Assembly: GCF_006345805.1 (NCBI RefSeq)
Contig: NC_043015.1
Span: forward strand, 14,322,001 to 14,386,000
Reading direction: 5' to 3'
DNA from: Octopus sinensis
Taxonomy: Eukaryota
DNA: 64,000 nt
The notes beneath the pieces were generated by a model. It saw only the letters and a program-made list of their open reading frames with translations. It searched no databases and was not told where the DNA came from. Of this stretch, positions 51,720 to 63,840 are shown piece after piece. Each line of letters opens with the position of its first letter. Within the stretch, counting starts at the first letter, position 1. The position numbers were made by a program, and so were the translations under genes.

Positions 51720-52400
51720 CTGATGAGACAAAACCTCTTTCATCAGTTTTCCTTGGTGTTTGGTCTCAATAGCCTTTTGTAACTACATTAGTAAGTTGAC
51801 ATAATACTCTCCATTGATGGTGTCATCCTTTTGAAGATAGTCAATAAACACTATGCTTTTACATCCCAAAAAAACGAAGTCATCACCTTCTCTGCAGATG
51901 AAATGATTTTGGCCTTCTTTGAAGCAGGTGAGGATGGGTGTTTCCACTGTGTACAGTGTCTCTTTGTCTATGGCTTAAAGTGATGAACCCAATATTTATC
52001 CCGAGTAGGAAATGTACAAAGAAACCAACTGGATCTGCCTCAAACAATGTCAGATCTTCCCTGATCAGGTTTATGTCCAGGTGTCAGAAAATGTGACACC
52101 CACCAAACAGAATCCTTCCTCATGACAAATCCATTGGGCAGAATACTCTTAAACCTCTCACAGGATATGCTAATAGCATAGACTATTTGATTTATAGTCA
52201 ATCAACTGTCATCCATCACCAAGTAGTGACCATGATCTATTTTTCCCTCAGTTGTAGCAGTTGCAGGATGTCCAGACCTTGGGCCATCTTCAAGTTTCTC
52301 CCTTCAACTTCTAAATTTAGCTGCCCACTTTTGCACTGTTAATAAAGCTGGAGCATCATCCCCTTATGTAGCAACCATGTCTGCATGAATGTCATTGGGG
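51720..52400 (-). pseudogene. Mariner transposase relic
   Basis: Minus-strand motifs WAAKF..GPRSGHPATA, QWKHPSSPASKKAKIISSAEKVMTSFFWD and IDYLQKDDTINGE. Confidence 0.8.
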
Positions 52401-53010
52401 GCTATATATGTGTGTGTGAACCGATAATGATGATGATGATGATGATATATATATATTTCGTTTTGGGATTTGGTTTGCAAGATTCTTTATATGAGTTCGT
52501 GTGTTGAAGCATATTCTGTTGTGTCTGGGGAGAGTCATTTTCTTTTTGTGCCTTATAATATAACACACTCACTGGCAAAATTTCCACTTTTTCCTTATTT
52601 TTATTTTCCTAAAATTTTCGTTTTCTCTCAGAGAGTCAAAACTATTGAAAAGGTTGCAAGACGCAGAAAATTACTCTCCCCAGACACAACAGTATATACA
52701 TATATATATAGTTTTGTTATATTCTGTCAAGAATGTATTCAAGTACAGTACAAAGCTCATCCACCTTCAGAATAACCCATTAGTATAGGTAGTATTATTA
52801 TATACTTCAAACCCCAAAATAAAGCATTTGACACATGTGAATATCACCTGAGGAAATACAACTAGATCTCATTATGCAAATAAACAGTTGCATAATCAAA
52901 TATCTGTATTATTGGAGAACTATGTTGTGTTGAAAGAATTGTAGCAAATACATGCATACATATATTTATACATATATATATACATATATACATGTACATA
53001 CATACATACA

Positions 53011-53108
<98 letters not shown>

Positions 53109-55744
53109 TGCAGGTGTGACTGTGTGGTAAGGAAGTTGGTTCCAAAGCACATAGTCCTGGGTTCATTCCCACTGTGTGGTAACTTGGCATGTGTCTTCAG
53201 CTATAGCCTCAGACCGACCAAAGTCTTTTGAGTGGGTTTGGTAGAGAGAAAATGAAAGAAATGAATCGTATATATATGTATATATGTAAGTGTATGTGTG
53301 TGTTTTTGTGTCTGTGTTTCACCCTCATCACTGCTTCACAACTGGTGTTGGCTTATTTACATCCCCATAACTTACTGGTTTGACAAGAAGAGAATGATAG
53401 AATAAGTACTATGCTTATCAAAATAAAAAAAAAATATAGCATTTGATTCATTTGACAAAAAATTCTTCAAGGAAGTGTCTCATATTTTTGCTTGCCCACT
53501 CAATTGTATCTATCAATCTATCTTTCTGTGTATATATACATAACACACACACACAAACATACATATATACATGTTATTATATGTGCATATATATATCTAC
53601 TACATTAAAATCAATGTATTTATGTGTGTTTGTGTGTTACACATTCAAAAACTACCACACCTCTCCTAATGAAATTTGCAACACAAAATCCAAGCCTAGG
53701 GCAAAGGATAATGCCGTATGTTTCATACAATTTCATGGACCAAAATTACTGAATAGATCCTTGTGATATTTGGGATTTAGATTCAATGCATAAGGACGGG
53801 TATAATACAGTATGTTTGGTTTGAATTTGAGGTGAACCTCCCATGAAAATTCATAAATTTCTGAAGTTGATGAAATTTCAACCATAGGCAATTGATACAC
53901 ATCAAGAGGTATTCCCAAAGTTTCCGCTTCTCATGAGGATTCTAAGACCCCTTAGTGGAGGCCTGTACTCCCAAATTTTAGTCATTTTTTTTTAATGATC
54001 CAAAACAAGGTCAAAAGTACTGAATGGATCTTTATGAAATTTGGAAATTATATTCTATGCATAAAGACAGATGTAATGCAGTGTATGTTTGAAAGTGAGG
54101 GGGCATAAATGGGGCCATAACCCTTATGAAAATTCATATATTTTTGCTGTTGATGAAATTTAACCATAGATATTAGACACAAATGAAGTAATATTCCTAA
54201 AATTTCAACTTCGAAGAAGTTAGTAAGACTTCTTAATCACCACTATTTAGTTGTTTTTCCTAAGCCAAGACGAATACAATTGTAGTCTTGGAAGCTCTAG
54301 ACTCACCCGAGCATACAAGATGAGCATTATTTGTAATTCAATGGTACAACAGTGTAAGAGTTTGCTTTGAGATATACTTAGATTGTGATTTCTGTAATGT
54401 GGTGCATAAATTGTCAAGTAAAGGAGATGCATCTTTGCCTGCTTTGATTCAGTTGCAAATTGTTATTTTGAGTGAAGTTATTTGGTTGCAGACCTCCTCT
54501 GAGTTTTTTTATTATCACTGGGTCAGAGATAGTCCCCAGGTGGTAACATTGATGTCAAGGCCTTTTCAGATAAGTGATTAGTCATTCAAAGAGATTTATA
54601 GATTGCAAATTTATTCTGTTCAGTTGCATATTGGCATAGTGATCATTGGCAAACTCTAGAGGTGGCACTTTCATTTCCCCTTCGCCCTCATGTCACACAG
54701 TTGTTAATACTTATTTGAGTTGGGTCACACCCTTCCTATTGCTATAGATCTATAATGCATCTTACGGCTATGCCAGTCACCTGTATGGTGAGGAATCCTA
54801 CATTGGGGAGTGGTAATGGCTAGGGTAGGGTAGCTGACTGTTTATTGTGATCATTCTTCTTTTGGTTTCCTGTAGCTTTGCTCTCTTTCACAAACCCAGT
54901 GAACATGCATATATTTCTGATTTTAAAGAAATTTGAACAATTGATATGAAACAACAATTCAACTTCTCTGGGTAACTTTCAAACCCCCACCCCTAATAGG
55001 GGCCTTAACTCGCACATTTTAAAGCTCCATGCTCTCCATTTTTCAGGAGCAAAATCCATTCAATAGGTTTTATAAGATTTGGATTTTGGAATCTCGGCAT
55101 AAAGATGAGTAGTATGGGATAAATATGTCATGATCAGAATTTTTGTTATGGTATGTATAGAGGGAAAGAATGACCATTAAAATTCTGCAATTTTGATGAA
55201 ATTTGAATCATAGGCATTCCAGTTTATTAGAGAGAATATAAAAGAAAAGTCTAATTCTTCAATTCCATGTGACACAGGCAAAGCAGGGTATCTCTGAGGC
55301 AAGTGGAATTGCTGTCGTGGCCGATGACAGTACTGCCTGATTGGCACCCATGCCAGTGGAACATTAGAAGCACCATTCGAGCATGATTGTTGCCAGGGCC
55401 ACTGATTGGCTCCTGTGCCGGTGGCACGTAAAAAAGCACCATTTGAGCATGCTCATTGCCAGTGCCGCCAGACTGGCTCCTGTGCAGGTGGTATGTAAAA
55501 AGCACCTTTTGAGCGTGGCTGATGCCAGTACTACCTGACTGGCCCTCGTGCCGGTGGCTCATAAAAGCACCCACTACACTCTTGGAGTGGTTGGTGTTAG
55601 GAAGGGCATCCAGCTTTAGAAACTTTGCTAGATCAGATTGAAGACTGGTGTAGCCATCTGGCATGCCAGCCCTCAGTCAAACCGTCCAAATCATGTCAGC
55701 ATGGAAAGTGGACATTAAACGATGACGATGATGATGATATATCA

Positions 55745-56112
55745 GGCGCAGGAGTGGTTGTGTGGTAAGTAGCTTGCTTGCCAACCACATGGTTCCAGGT
55801 TTGGTCCCACTGTGTGGCACGATGGGCAAATGTCTTCTACTATAGCCTCATGCCAACCAAAGCCTTGTGAGAGGATTTGGTAGATGGAAACTGAAAGAAG
55901 CCCATTGTATATATATGTGTGTGTGTGTATGCTTGTGTGTCCCCTCACCACCACCACCACCAACACCTGACAACCGATGCTGGCGTGTGTATGTCTCCGT
56001 CACTTAGCTGTTCAGTAAGAGACCAATAGAATAAGTCCTGGGGCTGATTTGTTTGACTAAAGGCAGTGCTCCAGCATGGCTGCAGTCAAATGACTGAAAC
56101 AAGTAAAAGAAT
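55745..56112 (+). mobile_element. Full-length major SINE copy
   Basis: Same head, body and tail as 32596-32994. Confidence 0.88.
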
Positions 56113-56117
56113 AAAAG

Positions 56118-56155
<38 letters not shown>

Positions 56156-57289
56156 ATGTATGTACATATATATGTGTGTGTGTGTGTGTATATATGTATA
56201 GATACCATCATCATCATTTAATGTTTGCCTTCCATGCTGGCATGGGTGGGACAGTTTGACAGGAGCCTGCACTAGACTTTTACAGCTGGATGCATTTCCT
56301 TACACCAACCACCCAGCAGAGTGGACTTAGTGCTTTTTACATGGCACAAGCAAAGGCAAGGTCAGTTTTGGAAAGGTTTTTACATCTGGATGCCTTTCAA
56401 AACACCAACCACTTTGCAGTGTGAACTAGGTGCTTTTAAGAGGCACCTACACTGACAGGGTCACCAAGTAACTTGCAAGGCAAAAATCTTTCAAGAAGAG
56501 AGGGGGCATTGAAAGAGGTGATCTTGTGTTCGATGATGAAAGGTTAAAGTGAGACAGAGACATGTGTCTTGCTGTAAAGGAGGTACAAGATTACCTGGAG
56601 AAAGTGCACGAGAGAGAGTGGGAGCGAGAAAGATCAGGAATGAAGACAGAAATAGGTGTGCTACCACAATGGAGGTACATGGTTACCCAACTTGAGGGAA
56701 GTGCAGGAGAGAGGGTGGGAGACAGCAGGATAGAGATGGTGGCAAACTGCCAGGTATACTCACAAGGAATGGGGACCAAAATATGAATGGGATGGTAGAG
56801 TAAAGGAAAAGAGAGATATTGATGGTGGCAAGTGCCACGGCATACCCTTGAGGTTCAATCATCATAATATAAGTGGCAGGATACTGCCAAAGAAGTGTGA
56901 TTAAAGAGTGCGGAAGGGAAGTGAGGGAGGACTACCAGCTAGCAATGATACAGAGAAACAGGACCATGAGGACAGGATTGGGAAATGAGAGGTAGACATA
57001 GTGCATGAAGGAGGAAATGTGAGGAAGAGAAGAGATGTAGAGATGTCATTTGGTTTGTTGTGGTAGGGTGTGTTAAAAGTTTTCTTTATACTTGCAGGTG
57101 AAACACACAGGTTAGCAGATAGCAATGATACAGTGAGACAGGACCAATAGGACAGGATTGGGGAGTGGGAGGTAAGCATAATGCATGAAGCAGAAATGTG
57201 AGAAAGAGTAGAGATGTAGAGATGTAGTTTGGTTTGTTGTGGTAGAGTGTGTGAGAAGTTTTCTTGTTATGCATGGGTGGGACACACAA

Positions 57290-57580
57290 TGCTTCTCCTC
57301 AAGATCCTCATATTGCAAGACAGCTTGGTTCATTATCATTTCCTCTGTTAAGCCCAATATCCTGTGACTGGTCCTTACCACTACATCCCACACCTCCCTG
57401 GGCCTCCCTCTTCTGCAGGTATCATCCACTTTCAGTGATCAGCTCTTCTTATGCATCTGTCCTTATTCATGTGCATCACATGTCCAAACCAACATAGTCT
57501 TCTCTCTTGCATGCTATATTTAATTCCTCTTATGCACATCTTTTCTCTCAATACATTTGCACTTTGTTGTACTTGTGCAA
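57290..57580 (-). pseudogene. Degraded RTE C-terminal fragment
   Basis: LREKMCIRGIKYSMQERRLCWFGHV...CRRGRPREVWD. Confidence 0.75.
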
Positions 57581-58075
57581 TCATAAATATTAAAGAATTT
57601 TTAATAAGCATAAGGTTTACATAGCTAATTGCCTTAGCAAAAACAGTACACAAATTATAGCAACACATAATGTTAAAATAATATCAAAAATTCAAAATGG
57701 CTATTATAATCAGAGTAGCATAATAAATATTAAGCATAATAACATTACACGGATTAAAAAATCTCAAATACAAGAGAACATTAAGAATTTTAAAATCACT
57801 GAAAGGGAAACAACCCAATTTAACATAAGTCCAATAAAATAGAAGTTTAGCTAGAATTAGAAGAAAGATAACATTATCTAAAAGAGTAAATAGTAATAAA
57901 GAACTTGGTGGAAATGAATTTAATTCTACAGTAAATGATCAATTTAAAACTAAATCTGAGAGAAATATAAAATATATTTGCAATTTTTCTAAACAAGAAT
58001 CCTGTTATCTAAAAAATAAATGTAAGACTTAAAATGTAATATTCAATTCTGTACATCATACCTAACACCGTATAC

Positions 58076-58129
<54 letters not shown>

Positions 58130-58159
58130 CAAAATAAGCAACAAGGATATCCAGAGGTA

Positions 58160-58254
58160 ATGCAGTATGATCGTTTCATGCAACTCCATTTAATTGAAAC
58201 AATGCACTCATTTCATTACATCAATTTAAAAAATAGAGCAATCTTCAGCTGCAT
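58160..58254 (-). ncRNA. Type I hammerhead-like motif with a long stem II
   Basis: atgcag-CTGAAGA-ttgctcta...tggagttgcat-GAAA-cgatca-TA-ctgcat. Stem I is 6 bp; the first stem II pair is mismatched. Confidence 0.55.
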
Positions 58255-58586
58255 AGACACAGAATTTAATTAAATTAGAACAGGACACATTAGTATAATT
58301 TTAACTAAAATCTCCAAGAAGTTAAGGAGAACATGTATCAACAACATCATAGTTGTAACTGAAACTTTTTTCAAAAAGATACTGCATGTCACTGATTTTT
58401 CTGATATTTTGTTTTTTTTATGGGGTCAGTTTTAATTTATAGACTAGTTTATCAAATCCTTTGTATATTTAAGGCTGAGAGAAAACAGAGGGTAGCATCT
58501 ACCCTCTGTTTTCTCTCAGTCATAAAATATGACTAAAATTTTGTCAGTGAACAGGTCATATGTATACATATGTTTGTATATGTGTG

Positions 58587-58628
<42 letters not shown>

Positions 58629-58629
<1 letters not shown>

Positions 58630-58789
58630 CAATAATAATTCTCTAAATGAGATATAGACAGTAACTGCTCCATAACATAAGGGACTAAAGCCATCTGAAT
58701 ATGGCTAGGGACAGGGCAGGGTGGATATAACTACACCTGATTATATATACACTTTAGATGAGTTGTAGTGCACCTGAGCACTGTACACA

Positions 58790-58821
<32 letters not shown>

Positions 58822-59612
58822 TGTTGCATTTAGCCCCAGGCGAACATCAACGTCGCCAGATAGGCTTGACACCATCACGGCGTCCTCTATCCTGCAAAGG
58901 GAGATAATTCCCCGATGAAGCGGAAACCACACACGGACCTAGGTTTCAAGGTGTTTGCCTATTATCAACATATGGTAGGCGCTGCTTCCTCGACGAACAA
59001 CCCACTTTGCAGGATATTTATATATAGATTTTCAAGCAAAATACATTTGCTGATTTCGAAAATCTGTTCGACAGCAATAATAGTCCCTTATGTTATGGAG
59101 CAGTTACTGTCTATATCTCATTTAGAGAATTATTATTGCTGTCGAACAGATTTTCGAAATCAGCAAATGTATTTTGCTTGAAAATCTATATATAAATATC
59201 CTGCAGAGTGGGTTGTTCGTCGAGGAAGCGGCGCCTACCATACGTTGATAATAGGCAAACACCTTGAAACCTAGGTCCGTGTGTGGTTTCCGCTTCATCG
59301 GGGAATTATCTCCCTTTGCAGGATAGAGGACGCCGTGATGGTGTCAAGCCTATCTGGCGACGTTGATGTTCGCCTGGGGCTAAATGCAACAGTAACACCC
59401 CCACCACCCTGCCCTGTCCCTAGCCATATTCAGATGGCTTTAGTCCCTTATGTTATAGAGCAGTTACTGTCTATATCTCATTTAGAGAATTATTATTGCT
59501 GTCGAACAGATTTTCGAAATCAGCAAATGTATTTTGCTTGAAAATCTATATATAAATATCCACCCTGCCCTGTCCCTAGCCATATTCAGATGGCTTTAGT
59601 CCCTTATGTTAT
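58629..59612. repeat. Complex palindrome with ~265-bp near-perfect arms plus tandem and inverted sub-blocks
   Basis: 58818-59082 is the reverse complement of 59131-59395 (about 3 mismatches seen). Block 58629-58728 recurs inverted, fully or partly, at ~59081-59139, 59404-59499 and 59557-59612. Confidence 0.92.
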
Positions 59613-61432
59613 ATATTGTATCTTTGTGGTACCAGTGCCGGTGGCACACAAGAAAATCATCCGAACGTGGCCGTAGCCAGTACCGCATAGACTGGCCTCC
59701 GTGCTTTGGGGACGTAACAAACACCATCCGATCGTGGCCGCCCGCCAGCCTCATCTGGCACCTGTGTCGGTGGCACATAAAAACACCATCCGAGCGTGGC
59801 CGTCTGCCAGCCTCGTCTGGCACCTGTGTCGGTGGCAAATAAAAACACCATCCGAGCGTGGCCGTTCGCCAGCCTCGTCTGGCACCTGTGTCGGTGGCAC
59901 ATAAAATCACCCACTACACTCTCGGAGTGGTTGGCGTTAGGAAGGGCATCCAGCTGTAGAAACACTGCCAGATCTGACTGGCCTGGTGCAGCCTTCGGGC
60001 TCCCCAGACCCCAGTTGAACCGTCCAACCCATGCTAGCATGGAAAACGGACGCTAAATGATGATGATGATGATGATGATGATGATATATGCATGCATCAT
60101 GATCCATTCAGTACTTATGATTTTGTTTTGGATCATAAAATATTACTAAAATTTGGGAGTTAAGCCCCCATTAGGGGGTCTTAGAATCCTCATGAGAAGC
60201 GGAAACTTTGGGAATATTTCTTGATGTGTATCACTTACCTATGGTTGTAATTTCATCAATAAAAGAAACTTATGAATTTTCACAGGGGGTTCTGCTCCCT
60301 TTAAGCCACCGCAAATTCAAACCAAACATACTGCATTATACCCGTCCTTATGCATTGAATCTAAATCCCAAATATCATAAGGATCTATTCAGTAATTTTG
60401 GTCCATGAAATTGTATGAAACATACAGCATTACCCTTTGCTCTAGGCTTGGATTTTATGTTCCAAATTTCATTAGGAGGGGTGCAGTAGTTTTTGAATGT
60501 GTAAGTAACACACAAATACACATAAAAACATTGACTTTTATATAATAGATACATATATGCACATATAATAACATGTATATATGTATGTTTGAATGTGTGT
60601 GTGTGTATTATATATACACACAGAAAGGTAGATTCATAGACACAGTTGAGTGGGCCAACAAAAATATGAGTCACTGCTTTGAAGAATTTTTTGTCGAATG
60701 AATCGACTTAGGTGATTTTTTTTTATTTTGATAAACCTGGTACTTATTCCATCAGTCTCTTCTTGTCAAACCAGTAAGTTATGGGAATGTAAATAAACCA
60801 ACAGTGATGAGGGAGAAACATAGACATAAAAAAATACACACATACACTTAAATATATACATATATATATGATTCATTTCTTTCAGTTTCTGTCTACCAAA
60901 TCCACTCACAAGACTTTGGTTGGTCTGAGGCTATAGCAGAAGACACATGCCAAGTTAGCACAGAGTGGGAATGAACCCAGGACCATGTGCTTTGGAACCA
61001 ACTTCCTTACCACACAACCACACCTGCACCTATATGTGTGTGTGTGTGTGTGTATGTGCGTACATATTACATATACAGCTATATATAAATACATATATAC
61101 ACATACATATATACACAATATATGTGTACATATATATGTATGTGTATATATGTATATATATATATATATAGATGTATATGTAATATGTACACACATATAT
61201 ACTCATATATAGATGCATACATATATTTATACATATATATGCGTACATATATACACACACACATATATAGGTGCAGGTGCGGTGGTTGTGTAGTAAGAAA
61301 CTTGGTTCCAAAGCACATGGTCCTGTGTTCAGTCTATATATTTATACATGTGCATTCGTGTGCGTGTGTGTGCATGTATGTGTCTATATGTGTGTATGTG
61401 TGTGCATGTATGTATACATTGTGTGTGCATGT

Positions 61433-61665
61433 AGGCAGCGAGCTGGCAGAAATGTTAGCACGCCGGGCGAAATGCTCAGCAGCATTTCATCTGTTGCTAC
61501 GTCCTGAGTTCAAATTCCGCCGAGGTCGACTTTGCCTTTCATCCTTTCGGGGTCGATTAAATAAGTACCAGTTATGCACTGGGGTCGATATAATCGACTT
61601 AATCTGTTTCTCTGTCCTTGTTCGTCCCCCTCTGTGTTTAGCCCCATGTGGGTACTAAAGAAATA
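61433..61665 (+). mobile_element. SINE with a Meta-domain-like core
   Basis: gagttcaaattcc B-box-like sequence, then gaggtcgactttgcctttcatcctttcggggtcgat.aaataagtaccag. Older copies lie at ~31465-31670(-) and ~34950-35110(-). Confidence 0.7.
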
Positions 61666-61854
61666 GTATATGTATGAATGTCTATGTGAGTTTGTGAATG
61701 CATGTGTGCATGGGGTTTGTGTAGGGGTATTTGTGTGTTCCTGTGTGTATGTGCGTGCAGGCATGAGATTACATGCATGTGTGTTTATGCCCATGTATGT
61801 GTAATTGTGTGCGTGTCTGTATGAGTGTGTGTTGGAGGTACACTCCTTCATTTT

Positions 61855-62056
61855 CTACAATACTCTTCCATCTACCTGGCCCAGAACTGTTCTGACCTTG
61901 TCTACATTATTCATATTTTTTCCATCCAAATCATTTTCAAGACTGCCGAATAAATGATATTCAGATAGTGCAATGTCTGGCGAATATATTGGGTAGGGCA
62001 TTGTTTCCCATTCAAACTCCTCCAGCCTCTGGAATGTCATCCTCGCTGTATGTAGA
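61855..62056 (-). pseudogene. Mariner (DD34D) catalytic C-terminal fragment
   Basis: WETMPYPIYSPDIALSEYHLFGSLEN, a YSPDLAPSDYHLF-like motif. Confidence 0.8.
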
Positions 62057-62576
62057 CTAATCATAAACCACCAACATCAGTTGTCAAGCGATGGTGGGTG
62101 TACAAACACAGACACACAAAACACATACACACACAATTATATATATATATATAGTTACAAATTGAGATAGGGGTTGTAAATGCAACCCTCCATGGGATAA
62201 CATATATCCAATATACTGCTAGTGAAGTACCCAACAAAGTTAATACATAAATGTTAAGGATTGCGATGCAATCAATTCATTTACTGTATTATATGGGCAA
62301 AGGTAAAATGATTTACCACAAATTACTAATACAAGATAAGAAAATGGAGAAATACATCTAAATCAAATATCAATTATCAGATAATACTCAATCACATACT
62401 TTATTAAACCACCACATAAGAGACTGTAGGGTTAAACATAAAAAAGCAGAACAAATCAGTGTACACAAAGGAATGTACATAAAAAAGTGTACATAAAAGA
62501 GTAATGTTGTATAATAAGTAGAATATATATAAAAAAGAGAATATAAATATAAGTAAATATAAATATAAGTATAGAT

Positions 62577-62709
62577 TACACCTTACAGCTGTTTCGGCCA
62601 TGTAGATAAGAATGTCTCATTTTACCAATATTAGCCTTTTATGGTGGGTCAATATATGGATATAAATGAGACATTTACAAAAGTATCATAAAGCCTCTTC
62701 GGAGGTATA
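62577..62709 (-). ncRNA. Type I hammerhead variant (left arm)
   Basis: tatacct-CCGAAGA-ggct...ggcc-GAAA-cagctg-TA-aggtgta. Confidence 0.65.
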
Positions 62710-63707
62710 CGTATACATATGAGTGCATATACTCACACTCCTATACATATAAAAATATACATATACATAATAATGTAAATAAATAATATAAATTAGTTTA
62801 CATATATATGTTCCACATCCAATGTTTCAGTTTTTCAACTTAATATTGTGATAATAAACATACACATATTAGTACCTAGATGCAAATATACATAGTCAAT
62901 AGTACATTATATTACTTCCTACTAATTTCCAAAGTGTCATTAAAGTTAGCATCATTATCGTTATCAATACCATTAATGCTACCATCATTATCATTCATAA
63001 TATTGTTAATATCGCTTACGTTAGGACCCAAAGTGGCACATATGTATGTCCGGGTTCCATTTAGTAATTTTCCTTATGACATAAATACACTATTGGATTT
63101 GAATTTAAATTATCATTGTCTTCCTCATGGTTGGTCCGTTGAGAGCCGCCCCCACACTGCACAAGAAAAACATACACAACCACATCCAACCCTAAACCCA
63201 CACATCCACATAAAGACCCACATACACATGCACACACACACGAGTAAACCCCGACACATCGCTACACATTCACTAGATTGCAGAGTGCATGTCTGTCATC
63301 GCATGGCTTATAGACAAATCAGTACAGGCCGCAGTGTCTATACACTAACACACACACTCACACGCACATCCGCATATACTCATAGATATTAATACAATCT
63401 CATATACTGTATCAGGGAACATTCGCACACACATATATACATATTTAAATATATGTCTGTGCACTGAAACATACAAATAAAACCTATACTTATATCCACC
63501 CATGAATAAATGTTTGCATATACATATATACATATCCAGGTACTAAAATGTGTGTATATTTATTATCACAATATTAAGTTGAAAAACTGAAACATTGGAT
63601 GTGGAACATATATATGTAAACTAATTTATATTATTTATTTACATTATTATGTATATGTATATTTTTATATGTATAGGAGTGTGAGTATATGCACTCATAT
63701 GTATATG

Positions 63708-63840
63708 TATACCTCCGAAGAGGCCTTATGATACTTTTGTAAATGTCTCATTTATATCCATATATTGACCCACCATAAAAGGCTAATATTGGTAAAATGA
63801 GACATACTTATCTACATGGCCGAAACAGCTGTAAGATGTA
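63708..63840 (+). ncRNA. Type I hammerhead variant (right arm)
   Basis: acct-CCGAAGA-ggcc..atgtctcattt..aaatgagacat..ggcc-GAAA-cagctg-TA-agat. Confidence 0.65.

Larger units (their letters stand above)
53107..61030. repeat. ~930-bp inverted duplication (53107-54030 versus 60101-61030)
   Basis: The same SINE, microsatellite and gaggattctaagacccc block occur in opposite orientations. ORFs 53733-53918(-) and 60208-60408(+) are near copies. Confidence 0.9.

Noticed and set aside
58741-59541. Duplicated small genes (identical ORFs MWFPLHRG...)
   Set aside because: The identity is explained by the DNA palindrome; there is no independent coding evidence.
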